DNA from: Dimorphilus gyrociliatus
Taxonomy: Eukaryota; Animalia; Annelida
Direction of reading: 5' to 3'
DNA length: 39,404 nt
Assembly (NCBI GenBank): GCA_904063045.1
Contig: CAJFCJ010000061.1
Coordinates: forward strand, 93,385-132,788
Every line of letters starts with the position of its first letter. Position 1 is the first letter of the stretch. The notes under the pieces are model-generated. The model searched no databases, had not been told where the DNA came from, and saw nothing but the letters and a program-made list of their open reading frames with translations. Shown in pieces: positions 21,339 to 31,982 of the stretch. The translations under genes were made by a program, and so were the position numbers.

Positions 21339-23023
21339 AACGAATTTGTTTTCTGTTGGTGAGCCGTAGGAGAATGTTACAAAATTTAAAATATCTTTCA
21401 AATACGGATGTTTTCTTATTTATTTCGTGCCGGAATGAGTTGATAGAAGAGAAGAACATTTTATCAATTTACCTAAATCAAGCCTATTCATTTAAAGAAA
21501 ATGTTCAGTAGATTTTATTGATTTCATATTTTTTTGAATAATCATTTAAAAAAAAACCTACAGGAAAATTACGCTTCGTCTGACGATAAATTTGAATTTA
21601 AATTCAGAATGAAAGAAGAATATTTTCAATTGGATCAACAACACGGAATAAGAATATCACTGACAGGAAAAGATGTTAAAGAAATCAAATCTTTTGCCAC
21701 TTTTGAAGAGATATTTAAGACTAATCCAGGTAAGATTTTGCCAATTTTTTGTTTTACAAGAGTAGTAATCAACATTGTTTTATCATAAGAAACAAATATG
21801 ATTGATCCTTTTAAATTTGAAATTGGCAACAAATATCCTCCTCTTCATATGACTATTTCAATTGGTAAATTTTCTGAAGATTGTATTTTCGATACATTAC
21901 TCAAGTATAGAGATTCGGATTCTATTAAATCTTCTAGAAGAAGACAGGAAGATAAAGCTACAATTAAAGAAGCTTTCTATTATTTTTGGAGAAGATGTAC
22001 TAGTTTTTACTTTTAATTTGATTATATAGAAGGATTAGTTGAAACTTTCTTATTTTCTATCCATAGCACTCACAGGACACATATGTATGCCATTTCGACA
22101 AACTGCTACAACAGTAAACTTTGATGATGATAGGCCTGTAAGATCAGTTGAAAACATTTTTTTTATAATTTACAATAATTCATTATAATTTTCTTTTTAA
22201 GGGAAAGAAGAAACAAGTTTTTGATACAACTCAATCAAATGTTTCAATCATTTTAAACAGCACTAAAAACAGAAACTACCATGAAATTGATATTGAAAAT
22301 TTGAAAAGATTAATGAAAATGCTCAATTATAGATATGAAATATGGGAGAATTTGTCTTTGGAAGAGTTCAATACAAAAATAGATTCCCTACAAATAGATT
22401 CATTAAAGTCACTCACATTCTATGTAATGAGCCACGGCAACTATCAAGGTTTTGTTTTAAAGGACATGAATAGCTATATAAAATATACAGATTTTCTTTT
22501 TACTATTACAAAAAAAAAGAAATTGAAAAATTTAGATATTCCAATGATATTCTTTTTTCAAACTTGCCGTTCAGCAACAGGTAACAAACACACTTTTTGA
22601 AAAGAGACAAACAATACTTTTAAATACATTTTCACATTAAAAAATAGATGATGCTTCAAAAGTAAGACCTTTGCAGGAGTTTAGTCACAGTTTACATCCA
22701 TTTACGACTAATAATAAAACTGACGAAGAGAACATTTTTGAAGGATATGCATCAGTTAAATGTAAACAGAATCTCTTTCAAATTGTTGTTTTTATATTAT
22801 ATCATCTATTTTTGTAGATTTTCCATCATTTCGGACACCGTATGGAACATATTATATACGTGCAATAATCATCTGTATTATTCTGTTCCGGCATAAAGAC
22901 AATCTGGAAGAGATAATGGAAAAGGTTAAAAAATGCATGTTTGGAGTATGTAACTATCAATTGCCAGAATATTTTAGCACCTTGAAGAAAGATGTTTATC
23001 TTTATGTTTGTAATAATAGCTGA
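21339..23023 (+). CDS. Caspase-family (peptidase C14) protein with an N-terminal UPA-like domain
   Basis: Exons about 21339-21502, 21564-21729, 21790-about 22000, about 22068-22136, 22202-22580, 22629-about 22760 and 22818-23023. p20: IILN..NRNYHEIDIENL, MSHG (His) and FQTCR (Cys). p10: IFEGYASV, FPSFRTPYGTYYI, QLPEYFSTLKKDVYL, then TGA at 23021-23023. Start codon uncertain. Confidence 0.85.
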
Positions 23024-23052
23024 GAGAGAGAGTGTGTGTGTGTGTGTGTGTG
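23024..23052. repeat. (GA)n(GT)n microsatellite
   Basis: gagagagagtgtgtgtgtgtgtgtgtgtg directly after the caspase stop codon. Confidence 0.9.
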
Positions 23053-23094
23053 TTTTTACTATGTTGTATTGTAAATGTAGGAATTTCTGCTTCT

Positions 23095-23285
23095 TCAAAA
23101 CAGTAATTGTCCTTTTCAATCATTTACCAATTTGTTAAAGTACTCAAACCAATAAAACCCCAAAAAGTCTTATCTATATTATCAATAAATGTAATTTCTT
23201 TAGAAATTAATCAACAAATTATGAGTATTCTGACAAAGAGTATGTATTGAGTAAAATGAGTTTCTAGCTCTAAACAAGCAAGGTC
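23095..23285 (+). repeat. Diverged dispersed repeat (second copy at about 38095-38292)
   Basis: Shared caatcattta.caa.tt.t.aaagtactc ... aaatgtaattt ... gtattgagtaaa(a)tgagtttctag.tctaaacaag.aag. Confidence 0.75.
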
Positions 23286-23436
23286 TACACACTCCCATAA
23301 AATATTTATCAGGCTGAACCACGTCCCTTCCAAATCGGAAAAGAACTTGAACTTTTTAAGTCTATTGGATTCGATCACTCAAGCAGAAAAAGAAGGCAAA
23401 CTTTATGTTATGCTCCTCATATGCCTATAGAACAAG

Positions 23437-23977
23437 ATGGTGAGGAAGACAAGAGGAGGAAGAGAGCTACAGATTGAAGACAAAGTCTTAACATCAGACA
23501 AGCTAAAAGCAAGACAAAAATGGGTAACTGGAGTCCTAGCCAAGATCTTAATCAGTCATGACGGAGTTAAAAAGAAATTCAGGATCGAGACCAAAATGGG
23601 GCCATTCATAAGAGCTGTGGGTGAACTACTACTTGTGGGAGAATGAATAGAAGAAAGCTTGTTTGTTATGTTATATGTCTGTATGAGTCAGTGTGAATGT
23701 GTGAAGGAATGAGTGTTTGGCATGGGTCAAGGATGGCTGACTCGATCTCATATCGTTATCGGACAGTATAATTTGATATCACATCATAAGTTAAATATAA
23801 AACCCAAGACATGATGGAAATGTGGCACCACAGATGAGTAGTGTCAAACGCTCAGCTAGGCGACTCAAGTAATGTATAAAACTATAAAAGGAAGTGAATG
23901 TAACCTGATTCTGTTCCAATAAACTGAGTGCCTGCTATATTCTTGAATGTTGGTATCCAATATCTTTCTTTATCTCA
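23437..23977 (+). mobile_element. BEL/Pao LTR-retrotransposon relic: integrase C-terminus plus putative LTR
   Basis: ELQIEDKVL..RQKWVTG..HDGVK..IETKMGPFIRAVGELL matches the BEL/Pao pol C-terminal pattern. Purine tract gggagaa at the stop; TG at 23644; tataaa at about 23874; aataaa at 23918; CA at 23976-23977. Confidence 0.7.
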
Positions 23978-24029
23978 TGGTGGAGCAGATAAGCTAATTT
24001 GGTAATTTTCAGTTTTGGTTTCCAGAAAG

Positions 24030-24700
24030 GTGATTGTTGATATTTAGCTACAGTAACTTTGCAGATACTGTGTGAAATCTGCATCCTCTTTCAGAATAAA
24101 TACATATATGTTTTATCATTAATAGTTTGGGTTCTAACAGGATTTAGCAGGCTGTGAGTTGTTTTATAAAGCAACTTGTTTAATCTACATTCATTGTACA
24201 GCTTTTGTAATACAGTATTTCATACTTGGTTCAACCCTTACATTAAGATCTGAATTTCATGAAAACAACTCTGTTATCACAGATACTAAATCGAAATATA
24301 TTTTCAAAATCATATATAAAGTATCAAATTATTCTCTCTTTTTATTTACAATTGAGAATCCCAAGGAATATTTGTGCAGAAAAGTTGAAAATTAAAGAAA
24401 TTGCATGTTCAGATTGTTGGTCTGTATTAGGTCTTGCTATCAGGATAAACAATGATGTTGAAGGATGGAACAGGAGAATAAATGAAAAGACACCTGGCAA
24501 AAGGGTCATGTTATTTGCTGATAGACATTTTGAACAGTTGTAGAACAACTTCTATCTTAAAAGAAGCTAAAGAAATATCAGAAGAAAAGTGAGCTTTAGT
24601 AGCAATATAGATAGCTCAATGTAGCAGTGTGCCAGATTATCAAACAATGTTGTAGAGTGGAAAGCTTGTTTCAGTTCAGGCTGTCTTTAGATAATCTTTT
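24030..24700 (+). mobile_element. Highly degraded MULE transposase relic
   Basis: CWSVLGLAIRINNDVEGWNRRINEK matches the RTNNxxEGWH motif and the 13.8-kb copy (WSVFNQSIHTNNDLEGFHNRLN); upstream QAVS..IKQL remnant; many stops. Confidence 0.7.
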
Positions 24701-24858
24701 CAGTTGATGAGTTGAGATGCTACAATGATTAGAGCCAATCAATGTAGAAGTAAATATTTCTATTTTAGACTTTTTGCAATTTTCCTTTCCCAAACTGGAT
24801 TAAAAGTGGCCTTTTGACATCTAGAAGCTTGGTCCGTTCTTAACCAATCAAAATTTCT

Positions 24859-27336
24859 TCATCTACTAATTGTTAGACAATGAAATTGCTGTAACAAACC
24901 TTCTAAATATCTATTTTTTGGATTATCTCTACTTAATGTAGAAGTATAGCTCAATATGTTTAGAGTATATGAAGAATTTAAAAGTGCTTCATATATATTC
25001 TCCAAATAAACAATATCTATGGATGAATTCTTATCAATATGTACTGTTTGTAATTGAGAAAACTCTTTTAGATAATATCCAAGTTTTTTGTATACTTCTT
25101 CAGTCAGGCCACAGTTTGTAAAATGAATATCCTTCAAACTTTCATTTGATGAATGAATAAGTCCTTGTAGAATATGAATAATTCCATCTTTTATCTTATC
25201 GTTCCCCTCCAAATTGATTATTTCTATTTTAGAACAAGTCCTTAGTAAATTGCCTAATGTTACGCAATTTTCGTTGTTTAGGTTGCATCGTTGAAGGTAT
25301 ATACTCTTTAAATTTGTTGAAGATAGGATGTGAAAAATTTCATTTAAACCATCAGTTATAAATGTATTTTTACTTAGATTGATTGTTTCAATTCTAGTAC
25401 AGATTTTCAGCAATTTCTTTATGCTCTTACATTCTACTTCGCATAGATCACAATCTTTAAAATTGAGAAACTTTAAAGTGTTTGCTGATTGGGCAAGTCC
25501 ATCACAAATATAACATAATCCAATGCTCATAGATCTATTTGATTCTAAATTGATTGACTCTAAATTAGAACAATCTTTAAAAAGATCTCCTAAATTCTTA
25601 CAATCCTCTGGATTCAAATCATAAGATTTGAAGTTTAAATTCTTCAGGCTACTTGTTAAATGATTGAGCTGTTTATAGATGTTGATTAATTTAGTTTTTG
25701 TTGTGTTGTGCCCCACCTCTATGTCAATGGTTTCTAGTTTAGAACAACCTTGAAAAAAGCTCTTAATCAATTGACATTTATTTTCATGGATACAACCCAA
25801 AGACATTTGGATATTTTTTAAAGTATTTGAAGATTGGACCAGATTTTCAATGTTAGAAATTTCAGTAAAATATTTCCTGAGAGATCCATTCCAATACTTT
25901 AGACTGTACAAATGGACTGTTTCTAATTTAGAACAAGTTTTCAATAAAATTCCAATTGCTTTAAATTCTGTTTCTCTACCAGGCCTTATATCGAAATGAA
26001 TGTTCTTTAAACTGTTAGATTGAAGCATGAGTTCATTACAAACATTTTCAATATCTTGATATACTGCTTCTAGATGAATGCTTTCTATTTTTGTGCAGTT
26101 TTTCAGAAAATTTGGCAAACATTTCCATTTTGTATCATTTCTTACTTGAGGTACAGTACAAGTTATCTGTTTTAAACTGTTTTTTGAAGAAATGAGTGCT
26201 TTACAAAAGTTCATATCAAATGCATGACAATTTATATTTATTGCCTCTATGTTGGAGCAATTTTCCAATAGATTTTCAATAATCTCAGACTCAAAGACAA
26301 CACACCGAGAAATATGTATATACCTAAGAGCTTTTGAGGAGCCAATAAGACGTTCAAAAATATTTTCAATGTAATGTTCTTCCAACTTATTATTTCCTTC
26401 AATATGAAAAGTGTGAATTTTTGAACAACATTTTAAAGCATTACCAATCTGTTGACAATTTTCTTCATTAAAATTGCAGTTCTTAATATACAATTTTATC
26501 ATTTTATGAGATGAATAAAATATTTCTTCCAAAATTTTCAAGTTTTGTTTGTTAATATTTTTAAATGACAGTTCAATTATTTGAAATGAGTGTTTCTTAT
26601 CTTTCTCATCAATTTCTATCCATCTTTTTAGGAGCATTTCATCCAAGTTTTTTGAATCATTGTTAATATCATTTTCAAAAGAATAATCAATTTGGATACT
26701 TTCCTTAATTTGCATATCAAGCCTTTTGATATTATTTGGATTAGCTATCATTTTAGTATTCTCTTTTAATTGAGAATTGAAATATTTTTCCCTTTTTTCA
26801 ACTAGTTCTTTAAATTTGCTTTTAACAATGTTAAACTCGTCCTTAACCTTTTTAATTGCTCTATTTTCATATTCCTCAATTTGTTTTAGTTTTTCAAGAT
26901 TGTGTCTCCTTTCTTCATTAAAGAAATTATCTATAATTTCTTTTGTCTTTTCATATTTAACCATTGAAATAACCTTGCAATTTTCATGTTTTTCTTCAAA
27001 GCACATAACACAGATATTTTCTTCTGAATGTGTTTGACAATAAAGTAATGTTTCCATTTCATGATCTTTACATAATTTCCTCTGCAATAAAGATTTTTCT
27101 AATAAATTTGTAGTTAAATATTTGGGTAGCATATCAATCTTCTCTATTGGCTGTCCGTCAGCTTGTTCACATTCTTGGCATTTAAGCTTGCCATTGTCAA
27201 TTGCAAATTGCCTCAAACATTCCAAACAGAATATATGTTTACAAGGAAGTATTCTTGGGTCATTTTCTAACCAAGATTTAGAACAAATACCACAAATTAG
27301 CTCCTTTTTGCTGATAAAATAGCCTTTGGTAGCCAT
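24859..27336 (-). CDS. Intronless RING-B-box-coiled-coil (TRIM-like) protein with C-terminal RI-type leucine-rich repeats, 825 aa
   Basis: RING CGIC..PRILPCKHIFCLEC..KCQEC; B-box CKDH..LYCQTH..ICVMC..KHENC; E/K-rich coiled coil; repeated CxxLGxLLKxCSxLExIxL / xICxxLxxSxxxLKxI units; uninterrupted ATG-to-stop ORF. Confidence 0.9.
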   Translation of the reverse strand: MATKGYFISKKELICGICSKSWLENDPRILPCKHIFCLECLRQFAIDNGKLKCQECEQADGQPIEKIDMLPKYLTTNLLEKSLLQRKLCKDHEMETLLYCQTHSEENICVMCFEEKHENCKVISMVKYEKTKEIIDNFFNEERRHNLEKLKQIEEYENRAIKKVKDEFNIVKSKFKELVEKREKYFNSQLKENTKMIANPNNIKRLDMQIKESIQIDYSFENDINNDSKNLDEMLLKRWIEIDEKDKKHSFQIIELSFKNINKQNLKILEEIFYSSHKMIKLYIKNCNFNEENCQQIGNALKCCSKIHTFHIEGNNKLEEHYIENIFERLIGSSKALRYIHISRCVVFESEIIENLLENCSNIEAININCHAFDMNFCKALISSKNSLKQITCTVPQVRNDTKWKCLPNFLKNCTKIESIHLEAVYQDIENVCNELMLQSNSLKNIHFDIRPGRETEFKAIGILLKTCSKLETVHLYSLKYWNGSLRKYFTEISNIENLVQSSNTLKNIQMSLGCIHENKCQLIKSFFQGCSKLETIDIEVGHNTTKTKLINIYKQLNHLTSSLKNLNFKSYDLNPEDCKNLGDLFKDCSNLESINLESNRSMSIGLCYICDGLAQSANTLKFLNFKDCDLCEVECKSIKKLLKICTRIETINLSKNTFITDGLNEIFHILSSTNLKSIYLQRCNLNNENCVTLGNLLRTCSKIEIINLEGNDKIKDGIIHILQGLIHSSNESLKDIHFTNCGLTEEVYKKLGYYLKEFSQLQTVHIDKNSSIDIVYLENIYEALLNSSYTLNILSYTSTLSRDNPKNRYLEGLLQQFHCLTISR

Positions 27337-27796
27337 ATTGAATCAATAAATTATTCACAAGACTACTATAGTAACTGTATTAAGAAAATGGTGGATTTGA
27401 ATCCATCAATTTTAAATAATTTTTGACCAGCCTTCATTTATAATTTGAATACAATTATCTTAAAATATAAAGGATTTAAAAAAATTTTAATACAAGGAGA
27501 ACCAAGTTTGGAGGGAAGTGTGCATGTTAAATATCCCATCTACACATGGGCAAATGGTCAATGGATTATTGATTCGGAGAAAATTATGCATTGTGCACTG
27601 CAGTTCAATGCTTTTTAGGAAACCATAGACTTAACTAAATACTATTTAATATGAATGCTTAACAATATATACAGTATATATATATGTATATATATATAGC
27701 AAAAAAGCTGATGGCCTAGATGTATCTGACCTAATTACTCAGGATGAATAGAACCAATTAGAGGCAGAACCATTTTTAGAATTTTTGATTGTGTCA

Positions 27797-28052
27797 AATG
27801 TTACTTTGCATTGTTGAAACTTTGAAAATGTGAACTGTTAAACTCTTATGAAAGTATATAAACCCTTAGAATTTAACAATTGTTGGCTTAATTTTCTAAC
27901 CGCTTGCCTAAATATCACTTATTAGCTAATACTTGCCGACAGACTTGATGTTGAATTTAGGCCAGCATTTTAGTTTGTTATTTTAATTGAGTGGTGCAGA
28001 TCACTATGTTTTGGACAAGAATGAAATTCCTATGATCGCAATACAACAGAGT
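27797..28052 (+). repeat. Dispersed repeat family X, copy 2
   Basis: Aligns by eye to 13186-13533, including tatataaac and gaaattcctatgatcgcaatacaacagagt. Confidence 0.7.
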
Positions 28053-29048
28053 AGAACTCCCTATGATCTTAATGAGAATTAAAAGGAGGTGAAAGTCAAC
28101 CATTGTGTTAAACTACTCCAAAGGTACATGGTAGAAAAAAAGAAGCATTTTTGGAAAAAAATGTTACTACAATATCGCGATCGCACCTAATATAAAACAA
28201 ATAAATGCAGAGAGAATGTGTGGGAGAAACAAAGAAGGTTATAAATAAAATTGAAATGAAATTGCTTAGCAATTTCGGAATACAAGGGCAAATATTCTAA
28301 GGCTCAGATTTGAGTAAAGGATTTATCTTGTAAAACTATATCATAATCAATGAATGTTTTATTAACTATGTAAAAAAAAAAAGAATAGAATCTATAAATT
28401 AAACATCGAAGATCACGAGACAATACCTTGGGTATTATCTGTAATTAAAAGTAATTGCGTTAGTGTTGAGCTTTGCTAATTTTCAATAAACTAGAATTCT
28501 TTACCTTTTGTATGATAGAACTAATAATACAATGCAAACAATAACTTAAAAAAATAGAGTATTGTTGTATTTTATATGTTCAAAAATTTATACCTACAGC
28601 TTAAAAAGGGTAATTTACTGAATATTTTATGAGAATAGAATTCCATTCAATCATCTGGTGTATTATCATAAAGATTTTTGCTAATGCTCATAATTAAAAA
28701 TGTCTTTTTTAAAAAATGTCAAGACCAATTGATTTCCTATAATGTAACAAAAGATGAGAAAGATAATGTTGATCATTCTTATTGGTGTTTAATTAGAGGG
28801 AGAGAGGTGGGAGAGTTATATCTATATTTCTATAGGAAGAAATTAAACTTTTCATAACATTTGAGATGACTGACATTTTATGTTATGCATTATTAATACT
28901 ATTCTAAAAATATGCATATTTTCAACTTTGCTTCTGTTATGTTTGTATGTGGTAAATACAAAAATTAATATTAATCAGCCTTAGTTCTAAAAGCTGTGGT
29001 AACTTTTTCAACTGCCAGTTAGTTTAAATCTTTTCAATTAACTACAAA

Positions 29049-30062
29049 ATGCTAACAATCCGCTATATTTCAATTTTTATTTCTTTAAAATTATGCTACA
29101 ATCTAGTTTCAACTTCCAGTAAATAAAAAAAAAAAATTTAGAAAAAATAAATACAAATAAATACTCAAGAAAAATTTAAATTTTTACAGATTGTTCATAT
29201 ACAATGATTGCTGATAAAGATTCTTCATTAAATGATTTCATAGGTATAAGAATGCTTAATACTGATCCACAGAAATGTAAAGATATATGTGATGTTGTTG
29301 TTGGATGCAAGTAAGTGTTTTTTTTTTTTTATTTACAATATCTCTTTATGTTTTTTTATAGAGCTTATGTTCATGTAATGGGTAGTAACCTTTGTTATCC
29401 AAAATCAAAAACAATGGCTGAGGCAAATAATGGTGTAACCCTAACCCAAACAACATATTATGAAAGAGAATCTTCTTGTGGTATGGATATTGCATCATTT
29501 TATAAATTATTTGTTATCTTTTTCTTATCTATTTCAGACAGAATTGAAACCGAACTTTTATATTTTGAGAAAGACAATCAAAAAAGTTCGAATATCAAAG
29601 TTAGAGATTTAATATCTATTGAAAAAATAGATATACCAGCATCTAAAGAGATATGTCAGAAAATCTGTAATGCTTATCCGAAGTGCATGTAAGTTTATCA
29701 TTTGATAAACTATGTTAATTTTACACAAAAAGTATATTTATATTTCTCATTTCTTCTTTATCTGCCTTTTTTAGTGGTATTGATTATAGCAAAGATGATT
29801 CAAAGTGTGATTTAAAAGAGAGAATACAGCCTGGTGATATTGTGTTTGCAACTGATACCTCAAAGAGTTTCCTATTGAAAAGTAAGTTCATCTGTTCTTT
29901 TAATTTATGATACAATAGGTCAATTCATTTTTATATACATTGAATCATTTTTGTTAGAAAATTTTTGCATAAATTATAAAGATTATATTATTGTTTTCAC
30001 CAAAACATTGAAAGGTGTACACTTAGATATAATGACATATCTATATTTAGACTTTTAGAATA
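29049..30062 (+). CDS. Small secreted protein with two PAN/apple-like domains
   Basis: Signal-peptide exon 29049-29118; then CSYT..KCKDICDVVVGC | AYVHVMGSNLCYPK and EICQKICNAYPKC | GIDYSKDDSKCDLK, each with CxxxC-x4-C plus CxLK and an intron at the same position; strong gtaagt donors. Last exon uncertain. Confidence 0.75.
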
Positions 30063-30309
30063 ACTTCCATTTTGTTGGAAGTAGAATGATAAAACTTTTG
30101 ATAATAGATGGAGCTACTATAGAATTGGTAAAAGAGCAAGAAACTTTAAAAAGAGATATGTGTCAAAGTTGTATTATCTTACCTAATACCAGATGTTAAG
30201 ATTATTGTTGGAACAATGAAACATTACTAGTCCTACCTTACAAAGTCAGATCCTATTAGCTATAGAACATGTACTGATCTATATCTTTCATAGGAGCATC
30301 ACCTTACGA

Positions 30310-31105
30310 GTAAACTGGTATATTGCTTTGAAATGAGTTTACTTCACTTATGCATGTTGAAGATAAGGGAAAAGCATTTTGTGAACCAGTTTTATTAATT
30401 GTAAGTTCCATTGGAATTGCTTGAATAATTTGTGATCCAAGTTGGGCAACTGAAGCTATAGAAGTGTCTGGTACAGCTGTACTGAAGTTGGGGAAATAAG
30501 ATATTTATCTAATAGTCAATGACTTGAAAACAATATAAACTAAATCATTATAAATACCTGCAAACTATTTTACTATCACCATCTTTACTTAAAGAGATTG
30601 TAGCTGGTGAATCTTGTTTTGACAATATGATTTTATTACCAATAATTGAAGATAGAGTAGAACTATCAAAATGTAATGAAACATCACAAATTATTCATAA
30701 ATATTCAGAAAATAGACTATGATATTTCATACTGTCATCTGAATGAACATAGGATTGCATTTGAAACTCAACTGAAGATCCTCCACTGTCACAGTTAAAA
30801 TTGTATGTCAATATATAATGCCCAGGTTTTCTAGTTACATCATAGCAAATAAGCTTATTAACTTTCATTGCAAAATCAAAGATCACCTGTGAAAAATGCG
30901 GATCTCAAAAGGCATTTGCAGGAATTTCAATTGATTTTTTACTGTTGAATATACCTTATTTGAAAATAATGTAAACTCAACTTCAAATGTAAATGTTCTG
31001 ACAGGACTTTTACTTCCATCCAGCAATACAATGTAATGTTCATCAACAAGTTTTTTTCAAATCTTTTTGATATTCAAATAATACAAACATGTTAATATTG
31101 TAATA
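30310..31105 (-). pseudogene. Multi-exon coding-like region of unknown family with an in-frame TGA and an apparent frameshift
   Basis: Exons join in phase (..TLFSNK | VIFDFAMK..EYL*IICDV..KIVC | STAVPDT..TCISE). The frame stays open for about 45 codons after TGA at 30695-30697; the frame breaks in an A7 run near 31055. Confidence 0.4.
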
Positions 31106-31392
31106 GAACTCTCAGGCATAACTTGTAAACTGGTATCTTCTGATGTTACTCTATTGACAACAATGAAGGAATAATAGAAAAAAATCATAAAAACAAAACC
31201 TAATTGTAATAACTATTGCTATAATATTTATTTAAAAATAAAAAGAAGTGTCCTGTCAGCCAATGTGGTGTATTTTTTGGATGCAAACACATTTGAACCT
31301 AAAATAAAAAAGAGAGATTAATGATTTTATCATTTGAAACATTGATTTAAAAAATATTACCAGTTTTAAATACTATTAATGAAATTTCTCAT

Positions 31393-31416
31393 TGGTGGAC
31401 GTTTTCTGTCGACCCC
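31393..31416 (-). mobile_element. Orphan MULE-family terminal inverted repeat
   Basis: tggtggacgttttctgtcgacccc is the reverse complement of the GGGGTCGACAGAAAACGTCCAC terminus at 33244; no partner end found. Confidence 0.75.
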
Positions 31417-31982
31417 ATGAAAACTTTTAATCTCTAATAAAAGAATTAAGAACAGAAGCTTAATTAGTAGAGATCTTTGAAAAGTTATTGTCTGAAAAAA
31501 GTTGAGAGAGATACAAAAGAAGTATCAAGATTTACAATTTAAAATATTGCAGTTGTTATGTAATAATACAACTATGTTAGTGTTACTTTAATTACCTATA
31601 CAAACTACTTTAGCTGCCTGCTTAACCACACTTGAATGAGGGCTACTGGAACTACAAGTGGGTCACATCTTAGAAATGCCTATTGAATTATAGTTTTGTC
31701 ATGAGAATGGAAGAAAACAACCTGAGAGAAAACTGTTAAGTTTACAGAATGTCAGAGAAATATTCCACAAGTAAGCTTCATATCATTTCAAGTCACAATA
31801 GTGATGTGTAGATAGAAAAAGATTCATCAGCTCTATTCTATAATAGAAAAGTAAAAGTGAACTAGTATTATTCAGTGCTGATAGCACTAATAGAGAATAT
31901 GCAGGCTGGACCTACTTTTGTGTTGGGCCGCATCTATACAATGCAAAACTTTTTGGAAAAAAAATGTTACTGATTTATATTT

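Noticed and set aside
22826-23119. Minus-strand 97-aa ORF with THTHTH
   Set aside because: Antisense to the last caspase exon and reads through a GT microsatellite.
26777-27322. Plus-strand ORFs within the TRIM-LRR gene
   Set aside because: Antisense shadows of a long ORF.
27490-27625. Coding-like stretch upstream of the TRIM-LRR gene (LINE RT remnant?)
   Set aside because: No diagnostic RT motif in any frame.
30695-30697. Selenocysteine reading of the in-frame TGA
   Set aside because: No selenoprotein motif and no SECIS identifiable by eye; a second lesion nearby favours decay or error.
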